Positions 29,899 through 39,967 of a DNA stretch of 64,000 nt are shown here, one piece after another. The translations under genes were made by a program, and so were the position numbers. The notes under the pieces are model-generated. The model was given only the letters and a program-made list of their open reading frames with translations, made no database searches and was not told where the DNA came from. How positions within the stretch are numbered: position 1 is the first letter of the stretch; each line of letters begins with the position of its first letter. Source of the DNA: Dehalococcoidia bacterium. GTDB taxonomy: Bacteria > Chloroflexota > Dehalococcoidia > Bin125. The stretch is taken from assembly GCA_963663895.2 (NCBI GenBank), contig CAXXRD010000002.1, positions 224,001 to 288,000 of the forward strand, written 5' to 3'.

Positions 29899-32364
29899 AT
29901 GCTCCGCCCCTACACCGTCCTGGATCTGTGCGACCACCGCGGCGAGCTCGCCAGCATGATTCTGGGCGACCTCGGCGCCGATGTGATCAAGATCGAGCCC
30001 CGCCAGGGCTCCGACAGCCGTCGTGTCGGTCCTTTCCTGGAAGACGCACCCGCCGCCGAGCGCTCCCTCACCTACCTCGCTTACAACCGCAACAAGCGCT
30101 CCGTCACCCTCGACCTCGACGCCCCAGCCGACCGCGCCCGTTTCCTCCAACTCGTCCGCCGCGCCGACTTCCTCTTCGAGTCCGACACCGCCAGCGCCAC
30201 GGGCCCCACGACATCCATGAATCAGCGCGGCCTCGGCTTCGATACGCTCCGCGCCGTCAACCCGCGACTCGTCTACGTCGCTATCTCCGCCTTCGGGCTG
30301 GACGGGCCCTACGCACCGCACGCCGCCAGCGACCTCACCATCGCCGCCATGGGCGGGCCCGTCTCCTTGCAAGGCGATCCCGACCGCGCTCCCATCCGTC
30401 TCTCCGTCCCCCAAGTCTGGCGCCACGCTGCCGCCGAGGCGGCGGTCGGCGCGCTCACCGCCCACGCCCGCATGCTGCGCAGCGGGCAGGCCCAGTTCGT
30501 CGACCTCTCCGCTCAATGCGCCATGGTCTGGACCATGCTCAACGCCATGGTCGCCTCCGCCATCCAAGGCTTCGACTTCGAGCGCCGCGGATCCCTCCTC
30601 CAGCTCGGCGTGCTTACCTACCCGCTCGTCCACGAGTGCGCCGACGGTCACGTCGTCGCCCGCCCCGACGGCTCCGTCATGATCGGCGTTGTCGCCTCGC
30701 TCGTGGCGGAGGGCATCGTCCCCGTGCAGTGGATCGAAGAGGACTGGGCCACCTACGACAAGCGCGTACTAGACGGGGACCCCGTCCGCTACACCAGGAC
30801 CGCCGTGCTAAAGGCCCTGCGACGCTTCATGCGACGCCATACCAAGGCCGATCTCTTCGACCTCAGCCTGCGGGAGGGCGTCACCTTCGCCCCCGTCAAC
30901 ACCGTCGCCGACGCCGTCGACTTCCCCCAACTACGGGCGCGCGACTACTGGCTCGATGCCCCCTTGCCCAACGGACGAACCGCTCCCGTCCCCGGCCCCT
31001 TCGTCCGACCCTCCAAGACGCCTACCTCCGTCCGCCGCTGGGCCCCTTCCCTCGGTCAGCACAACGACGAAGTCCTTTCAGAAATGGCGGTGGTTAACGA
31101 CAGCCCCCCACCTGCACCCGATACGCCGCCCACCCCCCTCCCCACAAAGCCCTTCAGTGGACTAAAGGTTGTCGACCTCTCCTGGATCGGCGTCGGTCCC
31201 ATCACCGCCAAGCACCTCGCCGACCACGGCGCCACCGTCGTCCACGTTGAAACCGCAGACCCCCCAGACCGTCTCCGCCTCGGCGGCCCCTTCAAGGACG
31301 ACCGGCCCGGCCTCAACCGGTCCCAGTTCTTCGGCGACTTCAACACCTCCAAACTCGGCCTCGCCCTCGATCTCAAGAACCCAACCGCGCTCGGCGTCGC
31401 CAAACGTCTGATCGCTTGGGCCGACGTGTACCTCGAGAGCTTCACGCCCGGCACCGTCGACGACCTTGGCCTCGGCTACCCAGTCGCCCATGAGCTCAAC
31501 CCCTCCGTCCTCATGGTGAGCACTTGCCTCATGGGCCAAACCGGTCCCGCCGCCCGCTACGCCGGCTACGGCTTCCACGCCGGCGCCGTCGCGGGCTTCT
31601 ACGAGGTCGCCGGCTGGCCCGACCGTCCTCCCAACGGTCCATGGATCGCCTACACGGACACTATCGCCCCGCGCCTCCTCGTCACGACCATCATGGCTGC
31701 TCTCGACCATCGACGCCGAACCGGCGAAGGCCAGCACATCGACGCCGCCCAGCTGGAGATGGGCCTTCACTTCCTCACTCCCGAGCTCCTCGACTTCCAC
31801 GTCAACGGCCGCGTCGCCACACGCAACGGCAACCGCGCCCCCGACATGGCGCCGCACGGCGTTTACCCATGCGCAGGGGACGACCAGTGGTGCGCCATCG
31901 CCGTCGCCAACGACGCCCGCTGGCACGCCCTCCGCACCGCCCTCGGCGACCCCCCCTGGGCCGCCGATGCCTTGTACGAAACCCTTGCGGGCCGCCTCGC
32001 CCGCCAAGGCACCATTGACGCGCACATCGCCGACTGGACCCGTACTCGGACCGCCGCCGCCGTCATGGATCAGCTGCAAGCGCACGATGTCGCCGCCGGC
32101 GTCGTCCAGCGGAGTAGCGACCTCCTGCGCGACCCCCAACTCGCGCATCGCGGCTTCCATCGCTACCTGGATCACCCCGAGATGGGCCGCATCCCCTACA
32201 GCGGCCACCAATTCCGCATCACCGATTCCAATCGCGAGTACGAGAGCGGCCCGCGCTTCCCCGCCCCTTGCCTCGGACAGCACAGCCGTGCGGTCATGCG
32301 CGACCTCCTCCGTATGTCCGACGCAGAGATCGACGCCGTCTACGCGGCAGGGGCCATCGCTTAG
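29899..32364 (+). CDS. Tandem two-domain class III CoA-transferase
   Basis: Two CaiB repeats (LGDLGADVIKIE...APSLGQHN; LADHGATVVHVE...APCLGQHS). Confidence 0.9.
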   Translation: MLRPYTVLDLCDHRGELASMILGDLGADVIKIEPRQGSDSRRVGPFLEDAPAAERSLTYLAYNRNKRSVTLDLDAPADRARFLQLVRRADFLFESDTASATGPTTSMNQRGLGFDTLRAVNPRLVYVAISAFGLDGPYAPHAASDLTIAAMGGPVSLQGDPDRAPIRLSVPQVWRHAAAEAAVGALTAHARMLRSGQAQFVDLSAQCAMVWTMLNAMVASAIQGFDFERRGSLLQLGVLTYPLVHECADGHVVARPDGSVMIGVVASLVAEGIVPVQWIEEDWATYDKRVLDGDPVRYTRTAVLKALRRFMRRHTKADLFDLSLREGVTFAPVNTVADAVDFPQLRARDYWLDAPLPNGRTAPVPGPFVRPSKTPTSVRRWAPSLGQHNDEVLSEMAVVNDSPPPAPDTPPTPLPTKPFSGLKVVDLSWIGVGPITAKHLADHGATVVHVETADPPDRLRLGGPFKDDRPGLNRSQFFGDFNTSKLGLALDLKNPTALGVAKRLIAWADVYLESFTPGTVDDLGLGYPVAHELNPSVLMVSTCLMGQTGPAARYAGYGFHAGAVAGFYEVAGWPDRPPNGPWIAYTDTIAPRLLVTTIMAALDHRRRTGEGQHIDAAQLEMGLHFLTPELLDFHVNGRVATRNGNRAPDMAPHGVYPCAGDDQWCAIAVANDARWHALRTALGDPPWAADALYETLAGRLARQGTIDAHIADWTRTRTAAAVMDQLQAHDVAAGVVQRSSDLLRDPQLAHRGFHRYLDHPEMGRIPYSGHQFRITDSNREYESGPRFPAPCLGQHSRAVMRDLLRMSDAEIDAVYAAGAIA

Positions 32365-32741
32365 CCAGTCAACCTACCGAGATCAGGCGATGAAACCATC
32401 GTCTTCCAACTGCTCGCTATTTTGTTGTTTTGTTGTGGATTGAGCCAGCGGGCGCGCAGTTCCACGTCCGATCCCGCCGCCATCACCCCGGCCCTGGGCG
32501 TGCGCAAGCCGAGCGCCCAGATGACCGTGGACCAGGAGGGCGCGCGGCGAACACCTGTAGCGCCGCGCGTCCAGCGATCCCTTGCTGCCACCTCCTCGCG
32601 CGTCTTCACGGTGTGGTATGCATGGAGACGAAGAGTAACTGGCTTGCACGGATCATCCGTCGCGCGCGGCGTTCGGCTGCGGCTGGTATGTTGGGGAGGC
32701 CGCAGGGGGGACCAGTGCGCGTACCCAAAGGAGATCCTGGC

Positions 32742-33173
32742 ATGGACGGACTGCACCGGGCGTTGGCGGCTCTGCTCATCGCGACCGCGGTCGCGGCGTT
32801 TCTCAATCTCATCCTTACGCCCGCGTACCACGATGGCGCGGCCGAGTATCCCGTCTGGGAGGTCATCAACTGGTTCATGGCGGCTTCGACGGTGGTCGCG
32901 CTGGTCGTCAACTTCCTGCGCCAGCGCGCCCAGGCCGATGGCGAACGCGAACCGTCGGTCATCCAGTACCTGCGGGTCACGGGCGCGTACTACGGGGCAA
33001 TCGTGCTGACGATGCTCTTCTTCTGGGAGTGGATCTGGACGCTCAACCCGGACAGCGAAACCGGCGACGCGGTGACATCCCACATCGTCTACTTCCCGAT
33101 CGTGGACGCGCTGTTCGTGGTCATCGCGCTCTCGACGGGTCGCTACTTGTGGACCAGGGTGGGGCGCGCGTAG
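32742..33173 (+). CDS. Hypothetical 4-TM membrane protein (paralog of 26716-27132)
   Basis: AAGGAG SD; MDGLHR...VWEVINWFMA. Confidence 0.75.
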   Translation: MDGLHRALAALLIATAVAAFLNLILTPAYHDGAAEYPVWEVINWFMAASTVVALVVNFLRQRAQADGEREPSVIQYLRVTGAYYGAIVLTMLFFWEWIWTLNPDSETGDAVTSHIVYFPIVDALFVVIALSTGRYLWTRVGRA

Positions 33174-33227
33174 CCACACGGCCGACCGATCCGGAGTCGG
33201 GAACCACGGTCCGGCACGCCATTGCGT

Positions 33228-33965
33228 TCAGAACGTGGGTGCCGCCGGCCCGAACCACTTCGTGATCAGAGCGTTCAGCGAGCCATCGTCCTTCATGCTC
33301 GCGATGGCCCAGTCCAGCCGGTCCCGCAACCAGCCATCGCTTTCCCGCACGCCGACGCCCACCCCGGCCCCCAACCGCACGGCGGGGCCGACGAGGGTCA
33401 ACTGGCCCCCGCTCCCCGCCAACGCGTCCAACCCAACCCCTAGGTCGATCAGCGCGGCCTCTGCTTCGCCCCGCAGAACAGCCGCGACGGCCTCCGGCAC
33501 CAGGGCATACTCCACCAGGGTAGCGTTGGATTGTGCCAGGTATCCAGCCTGGACGGTACCCACTTGGGCAGCGACGGTGCCGCCGGTCACGGCGTCGTCC
33601 GCCCCCGCTCGGGCCACGTAGACCGAGGGGCTGGACGGGAGGTACGGCTGCGTGAAATCGATCAACGCCTCCCGCTCGGCCGTGATGCGAACGCCGGTGA
33701 GGAGGGCGTCGTAGGCGCCTGCCACGAGGTTGGCGATCATGCCCTCCCAGGCATCGGTTACCCAGATGCACTGGAGGTCGGCCCGCCGACACAGCGCGTC
33801 GCCCAGCTCCCGCTCGAACCCGTCCACTTCGCCATCGGCGTTGAGGAAGTTGTAAGGGGGATAGGCCCCTTCCGTTGCCAGCCGGACGGCGGGGGATCCG
33901 CTGCTGCAGGCCAGGCTAGCGGCGGCGAGGACGAGCAAGGCGGCGGCGCAGAGCAGGCGAGGCAT
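33228..33965 (-). CDS. Polar amino acid ABC transporter substrate-binding lipoprotein (paralog of 20756-21505)
   Basis: LAC lipobox, TEGAYPPYNF, ERELGD.LCRRADL.C.WV shared with the paralog. Confidence 0.9.
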   Translation of the reverse strand: MPRLLCAAALLVLAAASLACSSGSPAVRLATEGAYPPYNFLNADGEVDGFERELGDALCRRADLQCIWVTDAWEGMIANLVAGAYDALLTGVRITAEREALIDFTQPYLPSSPSVYVARAGADDAVTGGTVAAQVGTVQAGYLAQSNATLVEYALVPEAVAAVLRGEAEAALIDLGVGLDALAGSGGQLTLVGPAVRLGAGVGVGVRESDGWLRDRLDWAIASMKDDGSLNALITKWFGPAAPTF

Positions 33966-34613
33966 GGGGATATTCTGCCCCACTGCCGGTGGGAGTGCAT
34001 GTCGCTGCGCGACTCTGCTGGCGTGGCCCAGGGTGGGAATCGGCGATCACGGCATGGCATGCTCGGAAGGGCTATTAAAGCATCCTAACTGGTCCCGGTC
34101 GCTGTGAAGCTCCATGGCCATAAAGTTAAAACAACAAGGCTGCACTGCTGTCCCCGCCGGTCCCCAATCAACGGGTGGACGTCCAGCGCTCAGATCGCGT
34201 ACAGGGGTGCACCCCGCTCGACCGCTTCCAGCAACGGCACGCGGGCAAGGGTTCCGCGGCCCCACACCGGCCCCCACGGCCGTACCGCACGATTCCGTTG
34301 CTGAAACGCGCGCTGCAATCGGCGGATCCGGCGGGCTCGTGGCTGAGGGGCAGCGGCTGCGAGGTGCGGCTTCAGCTCATGCAGCGTATCTTGCCTCCGG
34401 CCTTTGATGATGGTGGCGGGAGGGCGACCGTCTGCGACCCGTAGCATCGACCTGCCCACTGTTGATGGTGATGGTCGGGTCTTTGTGGACCCGGGCGGGG
34501 CGCGACGAAGGTTCCAGACAGCCGGTCAACCGCTTGGACATCGGAGCGCAAGGATTGCTACAGGGCGTACGCACACAACCGTTGCCGCTAACCCAGCCGG
34601 TATCGGTCTGGCG

Positions 34614-35819
34614 TTAGCGGTCCTTCCAACTCGGCGCGGGGTAGATGATCCCGGCGACGGCTGCATTGGCTGGAGCCACGAGAAGCATCTCGCCGTTCTG
34701 TATCTGAATCGTGCCCATGGGCTTGGTTGCGTTCTTGCCCGTGGGATCGAATGTGATCGGGCCGTAGAAGGTGGCTGCGTCCAGATTGCGCAGGGCGGTC
34801 CTCACGGCATCTGCGTCCAGCGAGTCGGCGGTCTCAATGGCCAGGTGGAGTGCCAGAGCGGCGGCTGTGGCGCTGGCCGCCTGGTAGGTAGGCGTCTTTC
34901 CCCACTGCTCCCGGTAACGGTCGGCGTAGTCGAACGCGGAGCCGAAGTACTTGCCAGTGTAGCTCATCGACGGGTCCCACTGGGTGGGGCCCATCAGGTA
35001 ATCTGCGTCTGCGCCGACCCGTTCGATCAACCCCGGGTCGGTTGGTCCGACGGTCATCAACGTCGCCTTCGGGTTGAAGTCCAATGCCTTGGCGGCGCGC
35101 ACGAAGAGAACGGCATCGTCAAAGTACCCTCCCACCACGAAAAGGTCCGGGTTCAGGTCCTTGAAGACGGATACCATCTCGCTGACGTCGGTCACGTCCT
35201 GCGGATAGGCCTCAACAGCCAGCACTTCCAGACCGTACTGCTCGGCCCACTGCTGCGCGCCCTCAGCGACGCTTGCAGGGAAGATGGCATCTGCGTAGGC
35301 AATCACGACCGACTTCGCCCCCCGCGCGGAGAGTGCCCGCAGCGCGGACTCAGTGTAGTTCCCGGCGGGCGTCAGCACGGCGAAGAGGTTTTCATACGAC
35401 TGATTGAACAGCGTTTCGGACGCCCCCGTGCCCTCGACCAGGATGACGCTCCGCGCATCAGCAACCCTGATAGCCGACTGGGTAAGCGTGGAGCTGTACG
35501 GCCCCAACAGGAAGTCCACCTCGTCCTCGTCAATGAGTTGTGCCACCAGCCGGGCGGTGGTGTCCGGGTCGCTCTGGTCGTCGTACATGATCAACTCGAC
35601 CTTGTGGAGTTCGCCACCCACGTCAATGCCGCCGCGCTCGTTATTGACCCAATCCTCCCAGAGGAGATACCCCTCCCGGGTGTGATTACCTTCCTCGGCA
35701 TACCTGCCGGTCTCGCTGACGGCGGAACCGATCCTGATGACCGGCTGCTCCGGGGAGCAGGCTCCCAGCGCCAGGAGGACGGTGAGCGGCAACGCGAGGC
35801 GCAGGACAAAACCAACCAT
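34614..35819 (-). CDS. Branched-chain amino acid-type ABC substrate-binding lipoprotein
   Basis: LGAC lipobox, YDDQSDP, VDFLLGPYSS, TFYGPITFD. Confidence 0.9.
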   Translation of the reverse strand: MVGFVLRLALPLTVLLALGACSPEQPVIRIGSAVSETGRYAEEGNHTREGYLLWEDWVNNERGGIDVGGELHKVELIMYDDQSDPDTTARLVAQLIDEDEVDFLLGPYSSTLTQSAIRVADARSVILVEGTGASETLFNQSYENLFAVLTPAGNYTESALRALSARGAKSVVIAYADAIFPASVAEGAQQWAEQYGLEVLAVEAYPQDVTDVSEMVSVFKDLNPDLFVVGGYFDDAVLFVRAAKALDFNPKATLMTVGPTDPGLIERVGADADYLMGPTQWDPSMSYTGKYFGSAFDYADRYREQWGKTPTYQAASATAAALALHLAIETADSLDADAVRTALRNLDAATFYGPITFDPTGKNATKPMGTIQIQNGEMLLVAPANAAVAGIIYPAPSWKDR

Positions 35820-36366
35820 GTGCTTTTCCCCGACCTTGGTTGATACGACCGTTCGTCCCGCGCCGTCATTTTTACCATATTGGACGACCCATGTACCGAT
35901 ACATCGGCGTGCTCTCCCGTTGCGTCGCCAACCAGATCGCCGCAGTCGCGCGCGAGGAGGCGGCCCGCGCCGCCCGGCAACCGGCTCTCGCAGCGACCGC
36001 AGACCGTTCCCGTCTCACGCGTGGGCCCTGTAGCTATCCCTACAGTCCGGCAGGCGAGCAGCGACCGTATCGCCGGGGAGCCACCCCGGCCATCGATCGC
36101 GGCGGGGCACGGATACGCCGCTCGGCTGGCCGTCCCACCGCCCGATCCGCGGCGATCTCGCCCGGCGCTATCCCCGGCCCAGCACGCTGCGGGACGGCAC
36201 CCCGGTGGTCTTCCACCCGTTCACGGACGCCGACCGCGCCCCCGCGCTCGCCTTCCGCTACTCTAACCCACAGGCAGGATGGTATTGACCATCAATCCGC
36301 GCGCTCGACATCTGAACAACCCAACGGACAGGATCCGCCGGCGACAATCGCTCAGGAGATGGAACC

Positions 36367-38352
36367 GTGAAACGCTTTGTGGCTCTCAGCGCCCCCGCCC
36401 TCATCGCCCTCTGCTTCGTCGGCTTCGCCGCCGCCGCGCACTCGCCGGCGGCGCCCAGCGGGGTGACGCTGGTCAGCACCGAGGAAGGCGTCCTCGTCAG
36501 CTGGGACCAGAATGATGCCGCCGCCCACTGGGTGGCGTGGATGAACGACGACGAATACCGGGCGGCCAGAGACGCCGGCGACTGGACCGCGGCGCTGCAC
36601 TACGCCGCCGTCCCGGCCGGCGCCACGCACGTCGTACCAGCCGAGAGTCTCATCAAGGACGACGCCTACTGGTTCAGCGTGGGCAGCGAGAGCCGGCAAG
36701 CCCCCGCCGCCACTTCCTGGAGCGCGTGGCAGTCGCTAACCGCGATCCATGGCCTGATGAACAAGGACGATGCGCTGACCCGTGCCTACGTGGAGCGGGC
36801 CATCGCCTACTACGACAAGCATGGGCGTGAAGCGACGTTTGCGTACTACAACAGCCGGGAGAGCTTCCAAGGCGAGCGGTCAATGCTCATCTACGAGCCG
36901 GATACGCTCACCGTGCGGGTATATCCGGTGTTCCTAGACCTGGTAGGAAGCTATTTCTCCCCCAACAGCGAATTTGGCGGGATCCTGGCACGGTGGAAAC
37001 AATTGGCGGTCCCCCAGGGAGATGGCTGGATTGAATTCCAGACCCTCAACTGGGACACCCAGCAAAGCGAGCCCAAACGGAGTTGGGGCGTCATGCACGA
37101 CGACCTGATCTTCACTTCCGGGCATTTCATCCTCCAAGAAAATATCGGCGACGCTACCAAGAATTACGTGAGCAAGGCGATACGGTACTACGAGACCAAC
37201 GGGCGGGAAGCCACTGTCGCCCACTACAACAGCCGGGACAGCTTGGAAAACTTCTTCTACCTGTTCCTGATGGACGAGAACGACATCTACCTGGTCCACC
37301 CGATTTTCCCCGACCTGATTGCCACCGACATCAAGGACGTGGTCGGGACAGACTTCGAGGGGAATGATTACGAGCTGGGCAAGGCTATAGCCAAGGCCAC
37401 GGAGGAAGGCCATTGGGTGGAATATATGTGGCTCAACCCGGTCAGCGGCCGAGAGGAGCTCAAGACCACCTGGGCCATCCGATACGACGGGCTGATTTTC
37501 GCCTCAGGCTACTATCGTCCTCAATCGGCCCAGGACCGTCCCTGGCTGACCGCCGATCCCCACGAGTTCACCGTGGACTACGTGAACCGGGCCATTGAAC
37601 GCTACAAGGACGACCCAGAGGCCATGCTGGAGTACTACAACAGCGTGGCGTCCTACGAGGGGGAATGGTATCTGTTCGCCACCAACGCGAACGATATCTA
37701 CATCGTTCACCCGTTCAAACCGGCGCTGAAAGGAACCGACATCAAGAATGTAGTGGGGAATGATGGTTACGAGCTGGGCAAGGCCCTGGCCGAGGCTGGG
37801 GAGGGAGTAGGGGTCTGGGTGGAATACGACTGGCCGCACCCGGCGACCGACTATAATGCTCCAAAGGTTTCCTACGCCATCCGGCACAACGGAATGCTCT
37901 TCGCCTCGGGTTACTACCCGGCTCCCGATGACCAGCCGGCGTTCGCCAAAGCCTTCGTGCGTGAGGCCATCGACCTGTATGACCACGAGGGGCTGAATGC
38001 CGTGGTGGATGCCTATGACGAAGGGCAAAACTCCGACGGCCTGTGGTTCCTGTACCTAGTGGACGAGAATGACGTCTTCCGTGTCATGGGCTTTGCTCCC
38101 GGTCTAGTGGGAACCGACTTCAAGAGCCTGTATTTCAGAGACGTTGACGGCAACCCGGTCGGGGTGGAAGCAGTAAAAACGGAGGAAAAGGAAGGCCGCT
38201 GGGTCAACTTCCACTGGCCAGTAACCGGTGCGCAGAACTTCATCGCGCATCTCTGGGTGGAACGGCACGATGGGCTTCTGTTCGGAACCGCGTACTTCGA
38301 CACCTTGTTGTGTGTGCCGAACCCTTACCCTACCGGCACGTGTGTCCATTAG
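36367..38352 (+). CDS. Secreted protein: N-terminal FN3-like module plus about four single-Cache domains
   Basis: Signal peptide; repeated YV..AI.YY...G.EA...YN...WVEY.W.NP...DGLIFASGYY; no TM or output domain. Confidence 0.8.
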   Translation: MKRFVALSAPALIALCFVGFAAAAHSPAAPSGVTLVSTEEGVLVSWDQNDAAAHWVAWMNDDEYRAARDAGDWTAALHYAAVPAGATHVVPAESLIKDDAYWFSVGSESRQAPAATSWSAWQSLTAIHGLMNKDDALTRAYVERAIAYYDKHGREATFAYYNSRESFQGERSMLIYEPDTLTVRVYPVFLDLVGSYFSPNSEFGGILARWKQLAVPQGDGWIEFQTLNWDTQQSEPKRSWGVMHDDLIFTSGHFILQENIGDATKNYVSKAIRYYETNGREATVAHYNSRDSLENFFYLFLMDENDIYLVHPIFPDLIATDIKDVVGTDFEGNDYELGKAIAKATEEGHWVEYMWLNPVSGREELKTTWAIRYDGLIFASGYYRPQSAQDRPWLTADPHEFTVDYVNRAIERYKDDPEAMLEYYNSVASYEGEWYLFATNANDIYIVHPFKPALKGTDIKNVVGNDGYELGKALAEAGEGVGVWVEYDWPHPATDYNAPKVSYAIRHNGMLFASGYYPAPDDQPAFAKAFVREAIDLYDHEGLNAVVDAYDEGQNSDGLWFLYLVDENDVFRVMGFAPGLVGTDFKSLYFRDVDGNPVGVEAVKTEEKEGRWVNFHWPVTGAQNFIAHLWVERHDGLLFGTAYFDTLLCVPNPYPTGTCVH

Positions 38353-38402
38353 CATGACCATGACGCGACGGGCCGGCTCCTGACGCGGATGCAGCCAAAT
38401 CA

Positions 38403-38481
38403 GGAGGGCGACGAGGAAACCGGCTCGCGGAAGATCGCGTACGCCACAGGCTTTCGCCTGCCCGGTCAAGACCAGGTCTTC
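38403..38481 (+). repeat. 79-bp direct repeat of 39710-39788
   Basis: 78/79 identical. Confidence 0.92.
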
Positions 38482-38501
38482 ATCGCTCAGGAGATTGGAA
38501 C

Positions 38502-39821
38502 GTGAAACACTTTCTGGCTCTCAGCGCCCTCGCCCTCACCGCTCTCTGCTTCGTCGGCTTCGCCGCCGCGCACTCGCTGGCCGCCGCGCATCCGCCGGCG
38601 GCTCCGACCGGCGTCATGGTGCACAGCGCCGGCGAGGGCGTCCTCGTCAGCTGGGACCAGAACGAGGCCGCCGCCCACTGGGTGGCGTGGATGAACGACG
38701 ACGAATACCAGGCGGCAAAAGACGCCGGCGACTGGACCACGGCGCTGCGCTACGCCTCCGTCCCGGCCGGCGACACGCACGTCGTCCCCGCCGCGCGTCT
38801 CATCAAAGACGCGGACTACTGGTTCGCCGTGGGCAGCGAGAGCCGACAAACCCCCGCCGCCACTTCCTGGGGCGCGTGGCAGTCGGTGACCGCGATCGTG
38901 GACGACCGGATCACCGCGAGTGAGGTGACGGACCGTCCCACGCTGAGGGCCTTTGTCGAAGGCGCGAAGGACTACCTGGAGAGCGTCACGACGGTCACGG
39001 GGATAGCGCGGCTGCGCGATGCCTTCCGGTCCGAGGGCCCGTGGAAGTCGGGCTCCCTCTTCTTGACGACTCTGACGCAGAACGGAAACATTCTGATTCA
39101 CGGCGACGATCCAACCTCGGAGAACAAGCGGGTGGTCGCCGTTGAGGATGAGCTCGGCAGACCGGTGGGACAGGAGCTGCTCGCCGCGGCCGAGCGTGGC
39201 GGCGACTTTGTCGATTACCGCTGGGACGGCACCGATCGGGTGGCCTACGCCGTCCAGTACGCTTCGGGTCTGACTGCAAATACGCTGATGGTGGTCGGCG
39301 GCTTCGCGCAGGACCTGACCTCGGTCCCGGTCGAATTTACCCCGTTGCCGCGTCCGGAGGTGACCGCCGCCGAGGTCGTAGATCGCGAGACGCTCGCCAC
39401 CTTCGTCAACGCGGCCGCGAAGGCGTACCTGGAGGCCACGCTGTCGCCGAACTTAAGCGGACTGGGGAACACGAAGACCGCCTTTCGCCAGGAGGGCGGC
39501 GACTGGAAGTCGGGTTCGGTCTACGTCTTCGTGGCAAGCACCGACGGGTATACTCTCTTCCACGGGGCGTTCCCCGTTCGGTTCGAGGGCCGTCAGTTCG
39601 AGGACATCGACCGGCAAGACGCAAATGGCGTCCTCTACATCCGGGAGGTGCTGGCGGCGGGCGAGGCGGGCGGCGGTTTCGTCGAGTATTTGTTCGACAA
39701 CCCGGTGGTGGAGGGCGACGAGGAGACCGGCTCGCGGAAGATCGCGTACGCCACAGGCTTTCGCCTGCCCGGTCAAGACCAGGTCTTCGTTGTCGGATCC
39801 GGCTTCTATCCCGATGACTGA
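38502..39821 (+). CDS. Secreted protein: same N-terminal module plus two Cache domains
   Basis: N-terminus highly similar to the 36367 gene (GVLVSWDQN.AAAHWVAWMNDDEY.AA.DAGDWT.AL.YA); WKSGS.Y/F repeats, GGGFVEYLFDNP...K.AYA...VGSGFY. Confidence 0.8.
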   Translation: MKHFLALSALALTALCFVGFAAAHSLAAAHPPAAPTGVMVHSAGEGVLVSWDQNEAAAHWVAWMNDDEYQAAKDAGDWTTALRYASVPAGDTHVVPAARLIKDADYWFAVGSESRQTPAATSWGAWQSVTAIVDDRITASEVTDRPTLRAFVEGAKDYLESVTTVTGIARLRDAFRSEGPWKSGSLFLTTLTQNGNILIHGDDPTSENKRVVAVEDELGRPVGQELLAAAERGGDFVDYRWDGTDRVAYAVQYASGLTANTLMVVGGFAQDLTSVPVEFTPLPRPEVTAAEVVDRETLATFVNAAAKAYLEATLSPNLSGLGNTKTAFRQEGGDWKSGSVYVFVASTDGYTLFHGAFPVRFEGRQFEDIDRQDANGVLYIREVLAAGEAGGGFVEYLFDNPVVEGDEETGSRKIAYATGFRLPGQDQVFVVGSGFYPDD

Positions 39822-39967
39822 TTCCAACGGGGAGGGGGCTGCGACAATGTCCAGGACCGTAGAGGTAGCGTAACGCCTGCCCGGGCCGCCTCGGCGCGGG
39901 AGCGGCGGCGGCCCGGGCAGTGCGCGGTGCGGCAGCAGCGCCGACGGGCCGACGATAGAATGCGGCC

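Noticed and set aside
38403-39788. 79-bp repeat as a DGR template/variable repeat pair
   Set aside because: Only one mismatch, and no reverse transcriptase gene in the window
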